From the human T2T-CHM13v2.0 reference genome, Homo sapiens: a stretch of DNA of 64,000 bases. The stretch lies in assembly GCF_009914755.1 (NCBI RefSeq), contig NC_060930.1. One strand, 5' to 3'. The translations under genes and the position numbers were made by a program. The notes beneath the pieces were generated by a model. The model saw only the letters and a program-made list of their open reading frames with translations. It was not told the DNA's origin and did no database searches. How positions within the stretch are numbered: the first letter of the stretch is position 1; each line of letters starts with the position of its first letter. This document shows positions 1 to 17,430 of the stretch, piece by piece.

Positions 1-84
1 CAAAGTGACATTGAAAGTTCATGGTTGGAGTGTTCCCTAATCTTCCAGCTCCAATCACTTACAGTACCCTTATTTATAATGGGA

Positions 85-420
85 TTTTTAAAACTTTATT
101 GGGGTATAATTTACATATAATAAAATGCACACATTTTAAGTGTAGAGTTTTGACAAATACATATATATACACACACATGTATATTCACACTTATCAATGT
201 GACAAATAAGTTACAGAATGTTTTGTCACCTCTGAAAATACTTCTTTGTATCAATTACCAGCCAATCCCCAATCCAATCCTCATCCCTGGACCTAGAAAT
301 TGCTGATCTACTTATTCTCTATCACTAAAGATTAGAATGATCTTTCTTATACTTTCATGCAAATGAGTCAACACAGTATATATTATTCTGTTATCTAATT
401 TATTTTACTAAATGTAATAT
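85..420 (-). mobile_element. Old L1M (L1MB/L1ME-like) 3' end fragment
   Basis: Antisense L1M 3' UTR motifs (tttattggggtataatttacatataataaaatgcacacattttaagtgta; ctgatctacttattctctatcact); highly diverged. Confidence 0.6.
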
Positions 421-879
421 TTTTTAAGTAAACTTTTTACTTTAGGATAATTTTAAATTTACACAAAAGTTGCAAAGATACTACAAAGAGTTTTCACATA
501 CCTGACAGCCACCTTCCCCTATTGTTAAAACCGTACATTAGTATGGTGTGTTTGTCACTCCTAATCAACCAATAATGAAACATTATTAACTAAAGTCCAA
601 ATTTTATGCAGATGTCTTTATTTTTTGCCTAATGTCCTTTTATCTATTCCAGGATCCTTGTTAAGTTATCATGTCTCCTTAGGCTACTGTTGGGTGTGTT
701 AACTTTCTCAGATTTTCCTTGTTTTTGATGACCTTAACAAATTTGAAGAGTACTGCTCAGATATTTTGTGGAATTTTTCTTAACTGGAATTTGTCTGAGG
801 TTTTCTCCTCATAATTAGACTGTTTTTAGTGGTTCTGAGAGTAGAACCACAGAGGTAAAGTGCCATTTTCATCACACAA
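421..879 (-). mobile_element. L1MC-type 3' end, left part, interrupted by the provirus
   Basis: aaagttgcaaagatactaca...taactaaagtcca...gtaaagtgccattttcatcaca matches recalled L1MC 3' UTR; continues colinearly at 6455. Confidence 0.75.
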
Positions 880-1295
880 TATGGAAACAAAAGTGACTCC
901 ATCTTTAGGCTGATCTGCCATGTTGACTTCTGATTAGCCCCAGTCCCCTGAATGCCTCCTGGTTTCTACTATATTTACTGTTCCTAGACTAAGAACAAAG
1001 CAATTTTAATGTTACTGCACAAACTAGAGGCTATGATGCATACAGCATTCTTGACTTTTCTGGAGGGTTGCCTTTAATTGTCTTGCACAGAACTTTCCTG
1101 TATCATACAGAAAGAATCTGAGGAGTAACAGTGTGGAGATCAAACTGTCTTCAGCCACCCAGACCAGGCTTCTGTCTGTAAGTTCCCCTAATCAATCACC
1201 CAAAACTGATAAACTGGATTCATTTGGCTCCTTTGGTTTCTTGGCTCCTTCAGCTTTTGGGGGCTACTGTGCATATAGGACCTTTTCACTGAACA
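880..1295 (+). mobile_element. 5' LTR, LTR47-like (class III/ERVL)
   Basis: Starts tatggaaacaaaagtgactccatc, ends ccttttcactgaaca; colinear direct repeat with 5918-6454. Confidence 0.85.
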
Positions 1296-4200
1296 AATGG
1301 ACAGCTAGCCAGGAGTCAGGTAACTAAAGTTTGGGAAAGAAGAAAGAAGCATCCATGGGGGAAATCCTAGGGGTTCCTCCTCCTCTATGTGGGGTGGTGT
1401 TGCCCATTTGCTAGATGCTTGTGGACTACAGTGTATGAGAACATGCCCAGAACATCAGAAGGTCTAGAAAGCTTGTCAGTAAAAAAGCAATATGATTCAT
1501 TGTGGTAAGAAAGTTCTTGGAGCTGTGACCCTGAGTTTGCCACTGTTATGATCTTGTGTGAGTGGCCACAGGTAACTGCTGAGGTGAGTGCAGGAAAACT
1601 GGAGAAAGAATTGCAGTGAGGAAAGGATATGAGAACTTCCACATCTGTGTTAGTTCTGGTTTGATGAATAAGCTTGAAACTCAGGAGGCACAGTTGGAAA
1701 CCTTAGCTTGCCACTCTGTATGTTTGCGAGGAAGAAAGCTGCACAGGCTGAAAGTGAAGATTGTCCTTGCCAAACCAAGCTCAGATGCATATACCTGGAA
1801 TTCCAGCAAACCAATTTGTGAGTGAGATGATGGCATAGAGGTTTACTCCAAGGAGGAAGATAATTATTCACTCCCCTTAAGAGCAAAACTGCTCATGCTG
1901 CAGAAAGCAAAATCCCAAAACATGCAGCACTCAGCAGGAATACTGGACATAGCAAAACCTTTTAAACAGCAGCCAAGAGAAATCTTAGCCACTATGGGAC
2001 ACCAATAAGGACTGCACATCCCTGGAAAGGAGTAAAGCTGAAAAAAATGAGACAAAGTGGCCCCCAGAAGAGGCATGTCTCCCTTGGGGGACAAGATGTA
2101 TGTGAGGTGAGAGAAGCCATTTCTGATTTTGCAAAAAGGAAATAGGGAAGAGATAAAGCCCAACTGCTCACTAAAGGAAAAGGGAAAATGAGATAAATAA
2201 GGTTTGCTGGATTGAAAAAGGGAGGTCAAAGAGGCCCAGTTAGGATTTCTAGAAGTAAATGTGGTATGATCTGATCTCAGCTGGGGTAGACAACAAACAA
2301 ACATAGACCAGCATCCTAACTCTATATTGTGAGCCTTTGAGAAGACCTGACTCCTGATCAACAGTTTAGACCCCTTCCCAGTGCCCCAAAAAGAAGGAGA
2401 AGGAAAAGAAGAAACTCTGTATAAAAGAATCCCAATCTCTGCGTTCCAGGAGTGATACTCCTTTCCAGCCTAGAGACTAGAGGTGGGGCCAAATTTGCCT
2501 TCATGGAAAAGCTATAGGGGTGACCGGAAGCCCCAGGTGGAGCTCATAATCTATTGGAGTTCAAAAACAGGCAGAGAACCTTAGCTTTAGTAGACACGGG
2601 TGCATAATGTATCTTAATTCATGAAACCCAGAAAGACAGCTGAGTAAATGGGCAGCTATAGATGGTCATTGGGGGCAGGAGGGGCAAATAATCTGAGTGA
2701 AACAAACTCCTCCCCTCCTTGGTTTTGAGTGGAGTCCCCTGGTACTTACTCTACGGTTCCCCTGTTGCTTACTCTACTGTCTTTATCTCACGTATTTCAG
2801 AAAATATCTTGGGTATGAATGTCCTTTTAGGATGTGCTTTATAAATGTCTGTGGGGGAATGCCACTTATCACTCTGGCTGGTAAAATGTATTTCAATCCT
2901 ACAACTCCCTCCCCCACAACACATTGTTAAAGTGAAACAATATTGTCTTCTTGGTGGTACAGAAGAAATTACAGCCACCATGCAGGAAGTGGCCAAACTT
3001 AATATTATGCAGCTAGCTTAGAGTTCTTTCAACAGTCTTGTATGGCCAGTAAGAAAATCTGATGACACATAGACAACCAGGAACTTAATAAGGTGATATC
3101 CAAGGTACACGGTGCTGTGCCTAATATAACTCAAGTGATAGAACAAATAATATAGGCACGTATCGTGCTGTGTTAAATTTAGTCAATGACTTCTTCAGCA
3201 TCCCTTTACACCCTGATTTGTAGGCATTATATTGATGATATTATGCTAACTTCTAAAGATTTGTCATTGCTACAGCAACACCTTGATGCATTGTGCACCC
3301 TTTTCCAATGCAGAGGATGGGCCATCAATTGCCAAAGATATAAGGCCCAGGACCAGCTGTAAAGTTCCTAAGGGTTGCTTGGTTGGGTAACACATGCCTT
3401 ATTTCAGGCAGTCATTGACAAAATACATTTTTACTTGCCTAAAACAGTTAAATAAGTTACAACATTGTCCAGGCCTTTTGGGATATTGGCAGGCTTTAGT
3501 CCACATTTAGCTCAATATTTGCATCCCCTATACAGAATAATAAATGAAGAAATCTAGTTGCTGCTGGGATAAATAACAAGAAGAAGCATTTGCTAAGGCT
3601 AAAATACTAGTAGTTTAAACACAAGCATTAGATTCCCCATTTCCCAGGACATCAGTGTCTTTAGATGTGACCATAAGGGTCACATCTTGCAAGTCCAACA
3701 CGAGAAAGAAGTTCCCCTAGGATTCTGGTCACAGCCATGAAAGTATGTTGAAACCCAGTGTTCCCCAGTTGAACAGGTCCCAGGCATATACAAAGCTCTG
3801 CAGCAAGTTGAACCCGTAAGTGCTGCTTTGCTGGAAACAGAGAGAACAGGTCTCCCTACTAAGGTCTGGCTAGAGGGATTGTTTTCCAGGTCTGTCTCAA
3901 CTATTGCTCAGGCCTTCACTTTACAAAAGTGGCATGCATACCTGCAATAATGTAGGGCTCCTTCCACGAGTCCCTTGAAAAATAAACTGCATGCTCAGGG
4001 CCAGCACACTATGAGACTAGTGCTGCCCCTGCTATGGAGCTTCCACAGGTGATGCCTCCAATGACACACAAAGGCATGGCTCTTATCCCTAAATATGCTT
4101 GGGATTAAGACAGGTCGAGCCAAGGTAACCTCTGTGTACAGATAGTATTAGCATAGCTGTCTATCCATAGACAGATACTATCTGGTTTGAGATAGGAATG

Positions 4201-5917
4201 CAGCAGGGCAGTCAGTGGGCAGAACTCTGACCTGCATAGTTGGTTTGGACCCACAAGCCATGGCTTATAGTTGTCTGTACAGATAGTTGGGCATTACTAA
4301 GGCTCTTACAACTTGGCTTGCCCAGTGGGCCTAGGATGACTGGTGTGTGCTTTACAAATCCCTGTGGGGAACTGCCATGTGGAAAGACATTTGGAAAAGG
4401 CTACAATAACCCACTGAGAGTGTAATTGTGTATCATGTTTCAGCACACTTGTTAGGTTCACTTCCCACTGGTAACATGGAGGCTGATATCCTAGCAAAAA
4501 TGAGAACATTGGCTCCCTTGCAATCTTCAAGCTGGTTGATTGCGTAATAAACATAGTGGACATCACAGTGCATGCGTGGGCTGGAAAATAGCAAAGGAAG
4601 CAAGATTGCCCCTCCACTATGCAAATTTAGCAGCAGCAATAACAAACTGCTTAGTTTGCGCCCACGTATGCCCTTGCCACATCCACATATATCTGGACAT
4701 ATGCATAGAACAGCTGCACCTGTGAGAGACTGGCAGATAGACTATATTAAACCTCTGCTGCCAGTAAGCTTGGAACAAAAATGTGCACTGACATATGCCA
4801 TGGAATTTTTGAAGGCCTTCCCTTGCAAAAGGGCAAACAAAATAGTCACCATTAATGGCTTGAAGTAAAACAGTGTCATGTATGGATACTCTTGATGCGT
4901 TGTTAATGACTGAGACACAATATTTCAGTGAACATGATGTCCAAGATTGAGCCATATGATCACCAAGCAGTAAGGTTAATTGAAAGGAAATATGGTATTG
5001 TGAGGGCAAAACTTCAAGCACTCTCATACTCCAATACTTTGCATGGGTGGGTGAAGGTTTTGCTTCAAGTCATTAGAAACTTGAATTCATTGAGAAAATA
5101 CAGGGCTGGCAACATACCAATGACTCAGGATCACCATAGAGAAGGGTTCATTAACTCTGAGTTGTAAAGAAAGTCTGACCAGACAAACATCTACTGGAGT
5201 TGATCAAAGGTCAACAGCAAATGTTATTTGCAACTCCCCCAAGATCTTGAGCCAGGGTAGGGGACAACGGAATGAGAATTGGACTGGTAACTTTCTTAAG
5301 GTTAGATAAGTTATTTCTCATCAGAGAGCAAGGAATTTTCTTGTCAACTAAGGTGGTCTCCATTGATCCTTTTGGAGTTTGGATCAAGATGTTCCAAATA
5401 CCAACACACTGGAACAGGGTTCCTTTTAAAGTAACCTTTGGTCAGCCATTTAACATGGTATCTTGCTGCCCCTGTAAGCTGACAGATAATACTGGCACCT
5501 TGGCCCCTTGGGCAACATGTTTGGTATGCATCCCCATCACATAATCATTTGACTGCCTATGTCCTGTCCAGCAGAGGTGAGGCTACACCGTTATTTTGCT
5601 TGTTCCACCAAGTACCTACTAAACATTGTATTTCCTCCAACAGTCATCTGTTTCTGTTGCTGTTCAGTGCTACAAAAAGCCTCTTGCTTTGGATCCTGGG
5701 AAACATGGTTGTGAAAGGCATTCTATGCCTTATGCCTGGCATAAGTATCATTGCTTGTTGTTTGTATTTTTGTTTTGACTTCTGCTTACAGGTAGAAAAT
5801 TAACTGATGCAACTTGTCACTGAAACCATTGAAATGACTGCAGCACCCCTCACCTCTGAATGATCAGGGACCATCATGGAAGAGGTGGGCGCATGAGATT
5901 GTAAGAGAGATTAGAGG
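1296..5917 (+). pseudogene. Decayed ERVL47-like internal region (gag-pro-pol)
   Basis: Protease LALVDTGA at 2581-2604; RT FNSLVWPVRK ~3027-3056, FFSIPL 3191-3208, YIDD 3228-3239; RNase H SQWAEL and CTDSWA ~4209-4295; integrase CxxC and DWQIDYI ~4650-4750; purine tract before the 3' LTR; many stops and frameshifts. Confidence 0.9.
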
Positions 5918-6454
5918 GGTGGAGACAAAAGTTACTTCATCTTGGATGCTAATCCACATCTACTAGCCCCACTCTTTGTGTTATAGGGTTCTATGGGTTT
6001 GATAAATATGGAGTGCCAATACTGTAGTATACAGAATTGCTTAATTGCCCTAAAAATGCTGCTAATATATTCTGATTAGCCCCAGTTTAGTGAATGCCTC
6101 CTGGTTTCTACTTTATTTACTGTCCCTAGTATAAGAACAAAGCCACATTGATTTTATTGCGCAAATTATAGGCCATGATGCATATAGCATTCTTGCCTTT
6201 TCTGGAGGGTAGCCTTAATTGTCTTGCTCAGAACACATGTATTTTTTCCTTATGGTATATAAGCCTTAAGTCTGGGGAGTAAGAGTGTGGAGATCTACCT
6301 CTCTTGCAGCCGCCCAAGACCAGTCTTCTGTCTGTAAGTTCCCCTAATAAATCACCTAAAACTGACAAACTGGATTTCTCTGCCTCCTTCTTTGGTTTCT
6401 ACACTCCTTTGGCATTTGGGGGCTGCTTTGCATATATGGCCCTTTTATGGAGCA
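5918..6454 (+). mobile_element. 3' LTR, LTR47-like, carrying an internal foreign insert
   Basis: ggtggagacaaaagttacttcatcttggatgc...ccttttatggagca; TATATAA ~6257 and AATAAA ~6346; insert at ~5960-6070 absent from the 5' LTR. Confidence 0.85.
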
Positions 6455-8610
6455 CCTCACATAAAGGGTATGTGCTATGAACCTGACTTTCACTGTTAAT
6501 GTTAGCATTTGTCACTTGCTAAGGTAGCAATTATCAGATTTCTCCAGTGTAGTCACACACCCCCTGCCTCCAACTTTCCGTGCTGTACTGTCTGGAAGAA
6601 TGCCACTATATGGAAGAATGTCACTATATGTTGGGCACATTTAAAGAGTGAGGAAATCACACTTCAGCTCCTTAAGGGTGGAGTATCTGTATAAATTATT
6701 TAAAATTATGCTTCATGGAAATTTATTTTATATTTTTGACTTATGATGCAGTACTGTGTTATTCATTGTTTTAATCAAGGTATGTTAGCTTTGGCTATTT
6801 GGAGCTCTTTCAATGAGCTCCTTTGTTTCTTTGACAAACTCCTATTAAAATGGTGTTTTTGTTTTTGTTTGTACTTTTTAACCACTTTCTTACTTTCTAG
6901 CATTACAAGCTTATATATTCCCCACTGAAGTCCTGAATCTGCCATTTCTTCAGTGAAAGCTGGTTTCTCCTATTAGAAACCAAGAGTTGGGTATGCTTGT
7001 TGCTACCGGGTTATCATCATAGGCCTTCTGAGCTGGCAAGCAAGAACATATATCTGTTTGTGTGCATATGTGTATATATAGTTTTATATATATATTAAAC
7101 CAATCTGTGTATAAACATATCTATAAATATTTCTATATGTATCTATCTGTATCTACTATATACATTAAGCTATATATGAGTTGATGCTGATGTCTCCAAC
7201 TCTAATCCATTACCTCATGAATTAGTCTAGCCTTCTCTGCTTATTTATTTGCAATCTTTCACTCCAACAGTAAAAAACTTGACTCTTACCATCTACTGTC
7301 TCTTGACTCAAGTGATCAACTCCAGTATATGTATATAGTATAGCTATATCTAGGGGTTTCAGAATTGTTAACCTGTATACCTGTGGAAAAAAATATTCCT
7401 CAAGTAAAGTGTTATGTACATGTTCTTTAGTCTTTAGTCTTTAGTTTTATAGTCTCCACTGGTTTCCAAAATTACTTATTTCAGTAACTTTATCTCTTTA
7501 ACCCCTTCAGTGAGGTTGTTTCTTATATTTGCAATACAGTTATATTTTTTTCATCACAACCTACATTCTGCCCTAGGATTCCTGGATCTCCTAAATAGTT
7601 TTTTTTTAACTTGCATGCATTAAGGCTCACTCTTTGTGCTATAGAATTCTATGGGTTTGATACATACATAATATCAATACTGTAGTATATAGAATTGTTT
7701 AACTACCCTAAGAAGTCCTTTGTGGCTCATCTATTTGATCCTTCACGTCTTTAAACCCTGGGCAACCACTGATCTATTTATATTTCTAAAGTTTTGCCTT
7801 TTCCAAGATGTCATACAAATGGAGTCATACATTATGCGTCCATTACAGACAGACTTCTTTCATTCGGAAATACACATTTAAGATTCATCCCTGCCTTTTC
7901 ATGACTTGATAGCTTAGTCCTTTCTATTGCTAAAATATATTCCAAGTGTGTGTACCACAATGTATTTATGCATGTACTTATTAAAACACAATTCAGTTGC
8001 TTCTAGTTTTTGGCAATTATAAATGAAGCTGTAGGTGTTTTCATGTATGTACATTTTCAAATCATTTGAGTAAATACATACGAGTGTAAATGCAGGACCA
8101 TATGGTAATACAATGTTTACCTTTATGAGAAACTGTCAAGTGTCTTCTAAAATGACTGGACTATTTTGCCTTCCTACCAACAACACACGCAAGTTCTGAT
8201 TGTTCCTTATCATCACCAGCAATTGGCATTGTCAGTTTTTTAATTTTATAAATTTTAATAGGCCTATAGTAGTACCTTACTGTTGCTTAGTTTACATTTC
8301 CTTGTGACAAATAATATTGAGCATTTTTTCATGTTTATTTGCTATTAGCATATTTTCTTTAGTGAGATCTCTATTCAGATCTTTTGTCCATCTTCAATTG
8401 GTTCTTTTTTTTTTTTTTGGTCATTGGGGTTTCAAAGTTCCTTGTATATTTTAGATATAAGTCCATGATCAGATGTGTCTTTTGCAAATACCTTATTTCA
8501 GTGGCTTATCCTTTTATTTTTTTAACAGTGTGTTTCACAGAAGTTTTGATTGATTTAAGTACAATTTGTTTTTTTTTTCTTTCATGCATTGTGCTTTCAT
8601 GTATCTAAAA
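6455..8610 (-). mobile_element. L1MC-type element, right part (3' UTR into ORF2 end)
   Basis: Resumes with ...aagggtatgtgctatgaacctgactttcactgttaatgtt; antisense L1 motifs through 8600; TA-rich patch 7050-7180. Confidence 0.75.
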
Positions 8611-8619
8611 ACTCAAAGA

Positions 8620-8930
8620 GAAGACAACAAAAAAGACACTAAAAATGGACAAAATAGTTGAGGAGGCATTTCACAAATTAAGATCCATAAGTGGCCAATA
8701 AGCCTGTAAAAAAGATATTCTACAGTATTAAACAACAAGAGGTAAAGGAAATAAATTACTATTTAGAGACCACTCTAATTTCAAAAAAAATTTAAACGAC
8801 AATAGGAACTGTCACTGCAGATATGGAGAAAGAACTTATGTCACTTTTATTGAAAATATAAAGCAGTTACAGACACTGAAAAACTGCTTGGCAGTTTCTT
8901 ATAAAATTAGACACACACTTACCATATGAC
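8620..8930 (+). mobile_element. Old L1M ORF2 3' fragment
   Basis: aaaatggacaaaa...catttcaca...gtggccaataagc; ttggcagtttcttataaaattagacacacacttaccatatgacc. Confidence 0.6.
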
Positions 8931-9039
8931 CAGCAGGCTTTGGAAAATTGTTGGAATACATTCTAGCTTCAAATGGAAACTATTATATATTATAATTAGT
9001 GGACTGCCTTTAAATAATTTATATGAAGATAAAAATGAC

Positions 9040-9430
9040 CCTCAACCTGCTGCACAGAGAGTGAATTGTTCTGGAGCAAGTGGAGGCAATAATGGTAGGA
9101 GGGAAACAACTGAAGTGTTATTTGAGTGTCAATGTTGGTGGTGATAGGAGTGGAGAAGAAAAGAAATGCATAGTTCAGGACATACTTTAGAGGAGTTAAT
9201 GGGAATTGAGAATAAATTGGGTATGGGTAGTGAGCTAACGGAAAGAATAAAGAAGTCAAATATTAGTGTTAAAGTTTTGATTGAATCAATGGTAAGAATG
9301 AAGATGGCATTAATTTGAACTGAAAAGCCCTAGGGAAGAAGACTTTTTTGCAAATACAGTTTTATGTATTTTAAACTGGAGATTTTATTTGATGTCTAGG
9401 GGAAATATTTAAGTAGACTGCCAAATAAGG
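9040..9430 (-). mobile_element. L2 fragment
   Basis: Purine-rich antisense L2-like motifs; very diverged. Confidence 0.5.
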
Positions 9431-9572
9431 ATGTCAATCAATTCTCTGGTATATGAATTACAAATATTTCCCCATGTTAATATTTGTCTTCTGAATGCGA
9501 TTATTATATAATTACGTGTGATTATATAGTGAACATTTATATTCAAATATATGCTATATATTGTAAAGGGAA

Positions 9573-13450
<3,878 letters not shown>

Positions 13451-14329
13451 GAAAATATATTTTCTTATATCTACCTATTCCTTTTAATTGGCATTTCAAA
13501 AATAAGACATTCTCTGGATGCTTTAAAACTTCATAGTAGAAAATTTTCAAATGCCTTTATCAAATTTCCTAGCAACTACTGTATTTTCAATTTAGGTTTA
13601 TTAAAATTATGCTTTAAATACTTAAGCACTTGTGTTCATATACAAAAGTAAAGTTCAAGAACCATTTGAGGGAACACAATTGTCTCTACTCCAATCACCA
13701 TGAATGGAGGAACACTTGATCAGATATAACATCCCTTTTTATTTGAATTCCCAATTATCTAAAGTGAAAGCAAAAACAATCTTACTTGTTGAATAATTTT
13801 CTAGATGAACTTAAATATTTAAAAGTATAAGAAAATAAATGAACTAAATATACTTACATTTTGATCTTACACATTTTCTTTAAGATAATTTATTTTATAA
13901 ATATTTATTTTTCACCTAAGATATATCTGATTCCATAAGTTTAGTTTTTTTCCCAGTTGCTGTTTTAGATCTCATAATTAATAATTATGATCTATAGGGT
14001 GTTTGAAGGGAACTGAAGTGCATTGTTACCTCTACTTTCCATTATAAATGCACTGCACAGTCTACTAGCATATTAAAGTCACATTTTTCATAATATCAAA
14101 TTTATAATAAAATACTATATTAAATGTGTAATTTGTGGGAACTAGGTCAAAGTAGCCCCAAATCATCTGAGTTTATTATAAGATAAAAACTGAACTGACT
14201 CACTGAAGCTTCCCTTTTATCAGTAATAATCTTGACATTACTAGCTCAACATTTCTATGAAAGGGAATAAGGGCCAAAAATGCAAAATGCTCCCAAAGGA
14301 GGAGACACAGTGTGAAAGAATAAAACTGT

Positions 14330-14811
<482 letters not shown>

Positions 14812-16925
14812 TAGTTTACTTTCTGCAACAAGGGAAACAGCTATAAAAATAATAAGAACATGTTTATAACTGGCAAGATTATGCTACAAAGGGCTTTGTG
14901 GTTGACATGTAATTGCCATTAAGGCCTCCGACTCTTTTGTCTGGGTTCATTAGCCTACAAGTAAACTCCAGTTGCTATTTTTCTAAAAGAAGTGGACATT
15001 TACGCAAAGTTATGCTCATATTTATCAATTAATAAACAAGTTTCTCTTGTCACTTCCAGCAAGTACAAAGTTAGATAAATAACACAATACCAATTTTCTT
15101 TAATGCTTTATCTAAAGCACACTTTTATTTTGCTTCCCTATTTGAAGATTTTAAACTACATTAGCATGGATCATCTTTTTCAGGAAACTGCAGATATAAA
15201 CTGAAATAGGTGGAAGGTAAGGGTGTGATAGGTAGACATTAGAAGTATTTCTTAGGAGTGTTCTCTAATTTCCCTAATGACTATGAGTAGGCATTAAACT
15301 TTTTTTGTTTTGTTTTGTTTCTATAAGAACTGCAGAGAGTAAACTGATGCCACAGATCTTAAAGCCATTTTTAAAAATACTGAAAAAAGGAGGAAGTTAC
15401 AAATAGGCTTCTCCCTAAAGAGCCTCATTGAATTTACAAGTACGCACACATACATCCCACGTATTTTACACACACACAAAACTGTCAAGGTTGCACTGGC
15501 TGAGCTGCTGTAGTAAAGCTGACCTTGGGAGATGATCTGATGGTAAATGAGGTGGCTGAGCATTCATTTGAAAGGGAAATTTTGGTCATTTTAATCAGAA
15601 CAGTGGTTGGTTCTCCTGTAGACGAGACAGATTAATGATTGATTGGAATAATTAATTAATACTTATGAAAAGAAAATAATTATATAGTTTATTATAAATG
15701 AGCAAATTAAAGTTTTTATACTATAACTCTTGTCTAGATAAATACATTAGAGTTCCATTTTTTAAAAGATTCACAATAAAGGAACTGCAAAAAAAATTAT
15801 AGGATGTTCGTAATCCAGTCAAGGTAAATGATGGCTATGAAGAGTTAAAATTCTTATAATTGGATGCTAAATTAAAAACACTATTTTCACTTACAACTCA
15901 ATATGTAAAATTACATATGGTTAAGAACAACAGCAAAATCCTATAAATATTGAGTGGTTGCTGCTAAAACCAGAGATTACAGGTGATTTGAATTTTATCT
16001 TTATAGTTTTCTATGTTTTTCAGGCTTTCTACAGTCAGCCAGTAATGTTTTTTATAATCAGTTGAATACATAAGTTTTATTTAAATAGCTTTATCTATCA
16101 AATTATATCTCTTGCTTACACATTATCTTGGCACTAAGAATTATATTCTAAAAGTGAGACTCTATCTGTGAAGGTCCTGACAACCATGGACAAGCCCTGA
16201 TAATGATTTACAAATACTCCCAGGAAATTACCTCTATCTTATAAACAACACAGCATCATGTTCTCTTTGCTTTAACTTATAATAGCAAATTTGTCATGGG
16301 ACTCAATAGACAATTTTAATTAATGCTGCTTTTATTCCAACAATATTCTCTGCTTCAGTTAAATTCAAAGAAGCTGCTAATTTTCAAAGACTGAAGAGGG
16401 AGCTGGATGTGAGTTTTTTGGCCATGAAGAAGATTTTTGCTTCCTCTGCAGTGATGTGAATGAGCATGCTCATTCCTCACCTGGGAAACAAAATGTTGAG
16501 GCTGCTGTCATTCTGATACTGAAAATTATAATGATGAATGTGGTTTTTTTAGGTGCAAGGGCAGAGTTAAGCTGTGTTGGAAGAGAAAACAACCTTTACA
16601 AAAACATAGCCACACAAAGGAAAAGTACCATAAAGGACTGAACCAGTCTTTGAACTAAAGCTATCGTAAGATTAATCTGATTTATTTTGTGCAAAATGTT
16701 GAGCATGGCATATAGTAGAATCTCAATAATTGTGTATTGAATAAATTTGAAGTGTGACTATAAAGTAATAAGGCAGGTTCCACTGGTTGCCACAGTATTT
16801 TATGGCCATGGCTTGCTTGTTATTTTACAGTTGGTATAATAGAGATCTTCTACATAAGACCAATTTTGTCCTTGTTTTCTGACTTTAATACCCTTGATTT
16901 TTGCAGTACTTAAAAAAATAGATTT

Positions 16926-17144
16926 AAGAGTCAGACACAACTGGATTCAATCCTTGCTTTTGTATTGTGAGCCTATGCCCTTGGGCAAATAACCTAACTC
17001 ATATAAGCCTCAGTGTCTTCGTTTGTAAAATAGGAAAAATAAAACCTAACTCAAAGGGATTTGATGAGAATTAAACAAAATAATGTGAGTAGAGCAGTAC
17101 ACCTGAGTTACAGTAAGTGCTCAATAGACAGTAGATATTATTAT
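16926..17144 (+). mobile_element. MIR
   Basis: ccttgggcaaataacctaactc...gcctcagtgtcttcgtttgtaaaatagg...agtaagtgctcaata core. Confidence 0.8.
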
Positions 17145-17186
17145 TCTTGAAATGAATTCATTCTATGCTGTTGAGAGCTAGTATCT

Positions 17187-17430
17187 TAGGCAACAATATA
17201 GTAGAATTGTTAAGAGTTTGGGGCCTAAGTCAGACCATCTTTGTTTCAAGTCCTATCTATCTCTTACTAGTTGTGTGATCTAGTTAGTGAGTTTTCTTAA
17301 GGCTCAGTTTCTGCACCTGTAAAATGACAACAAAACAGTTTCCTCACAGAGTTATTCTGAAGATTTAATTAGAGAATTCATATAAGGTGAGTAGCAGAGT
17401 GTTAAGATTTACTAAGAGTTGAGTAACATT
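17187..17430 (+). mobile_element. MIR (second tandem copy)
   Basis: cttactagttgtgtgatc...ctcagtttctgcacctgtaaaatg. Confidence 0.75.

Noticed and set aside
1864-2361. 165-aa antisense ORF in ERV gag
   Set aside because: Antisense of purine-rich decayed gag; no recognisable protein
6593-6628. 18-bp tandem duplication tggaagaatg(c/t)cactata
   Set aside because: Ordinary slippage duplication inside an old L1
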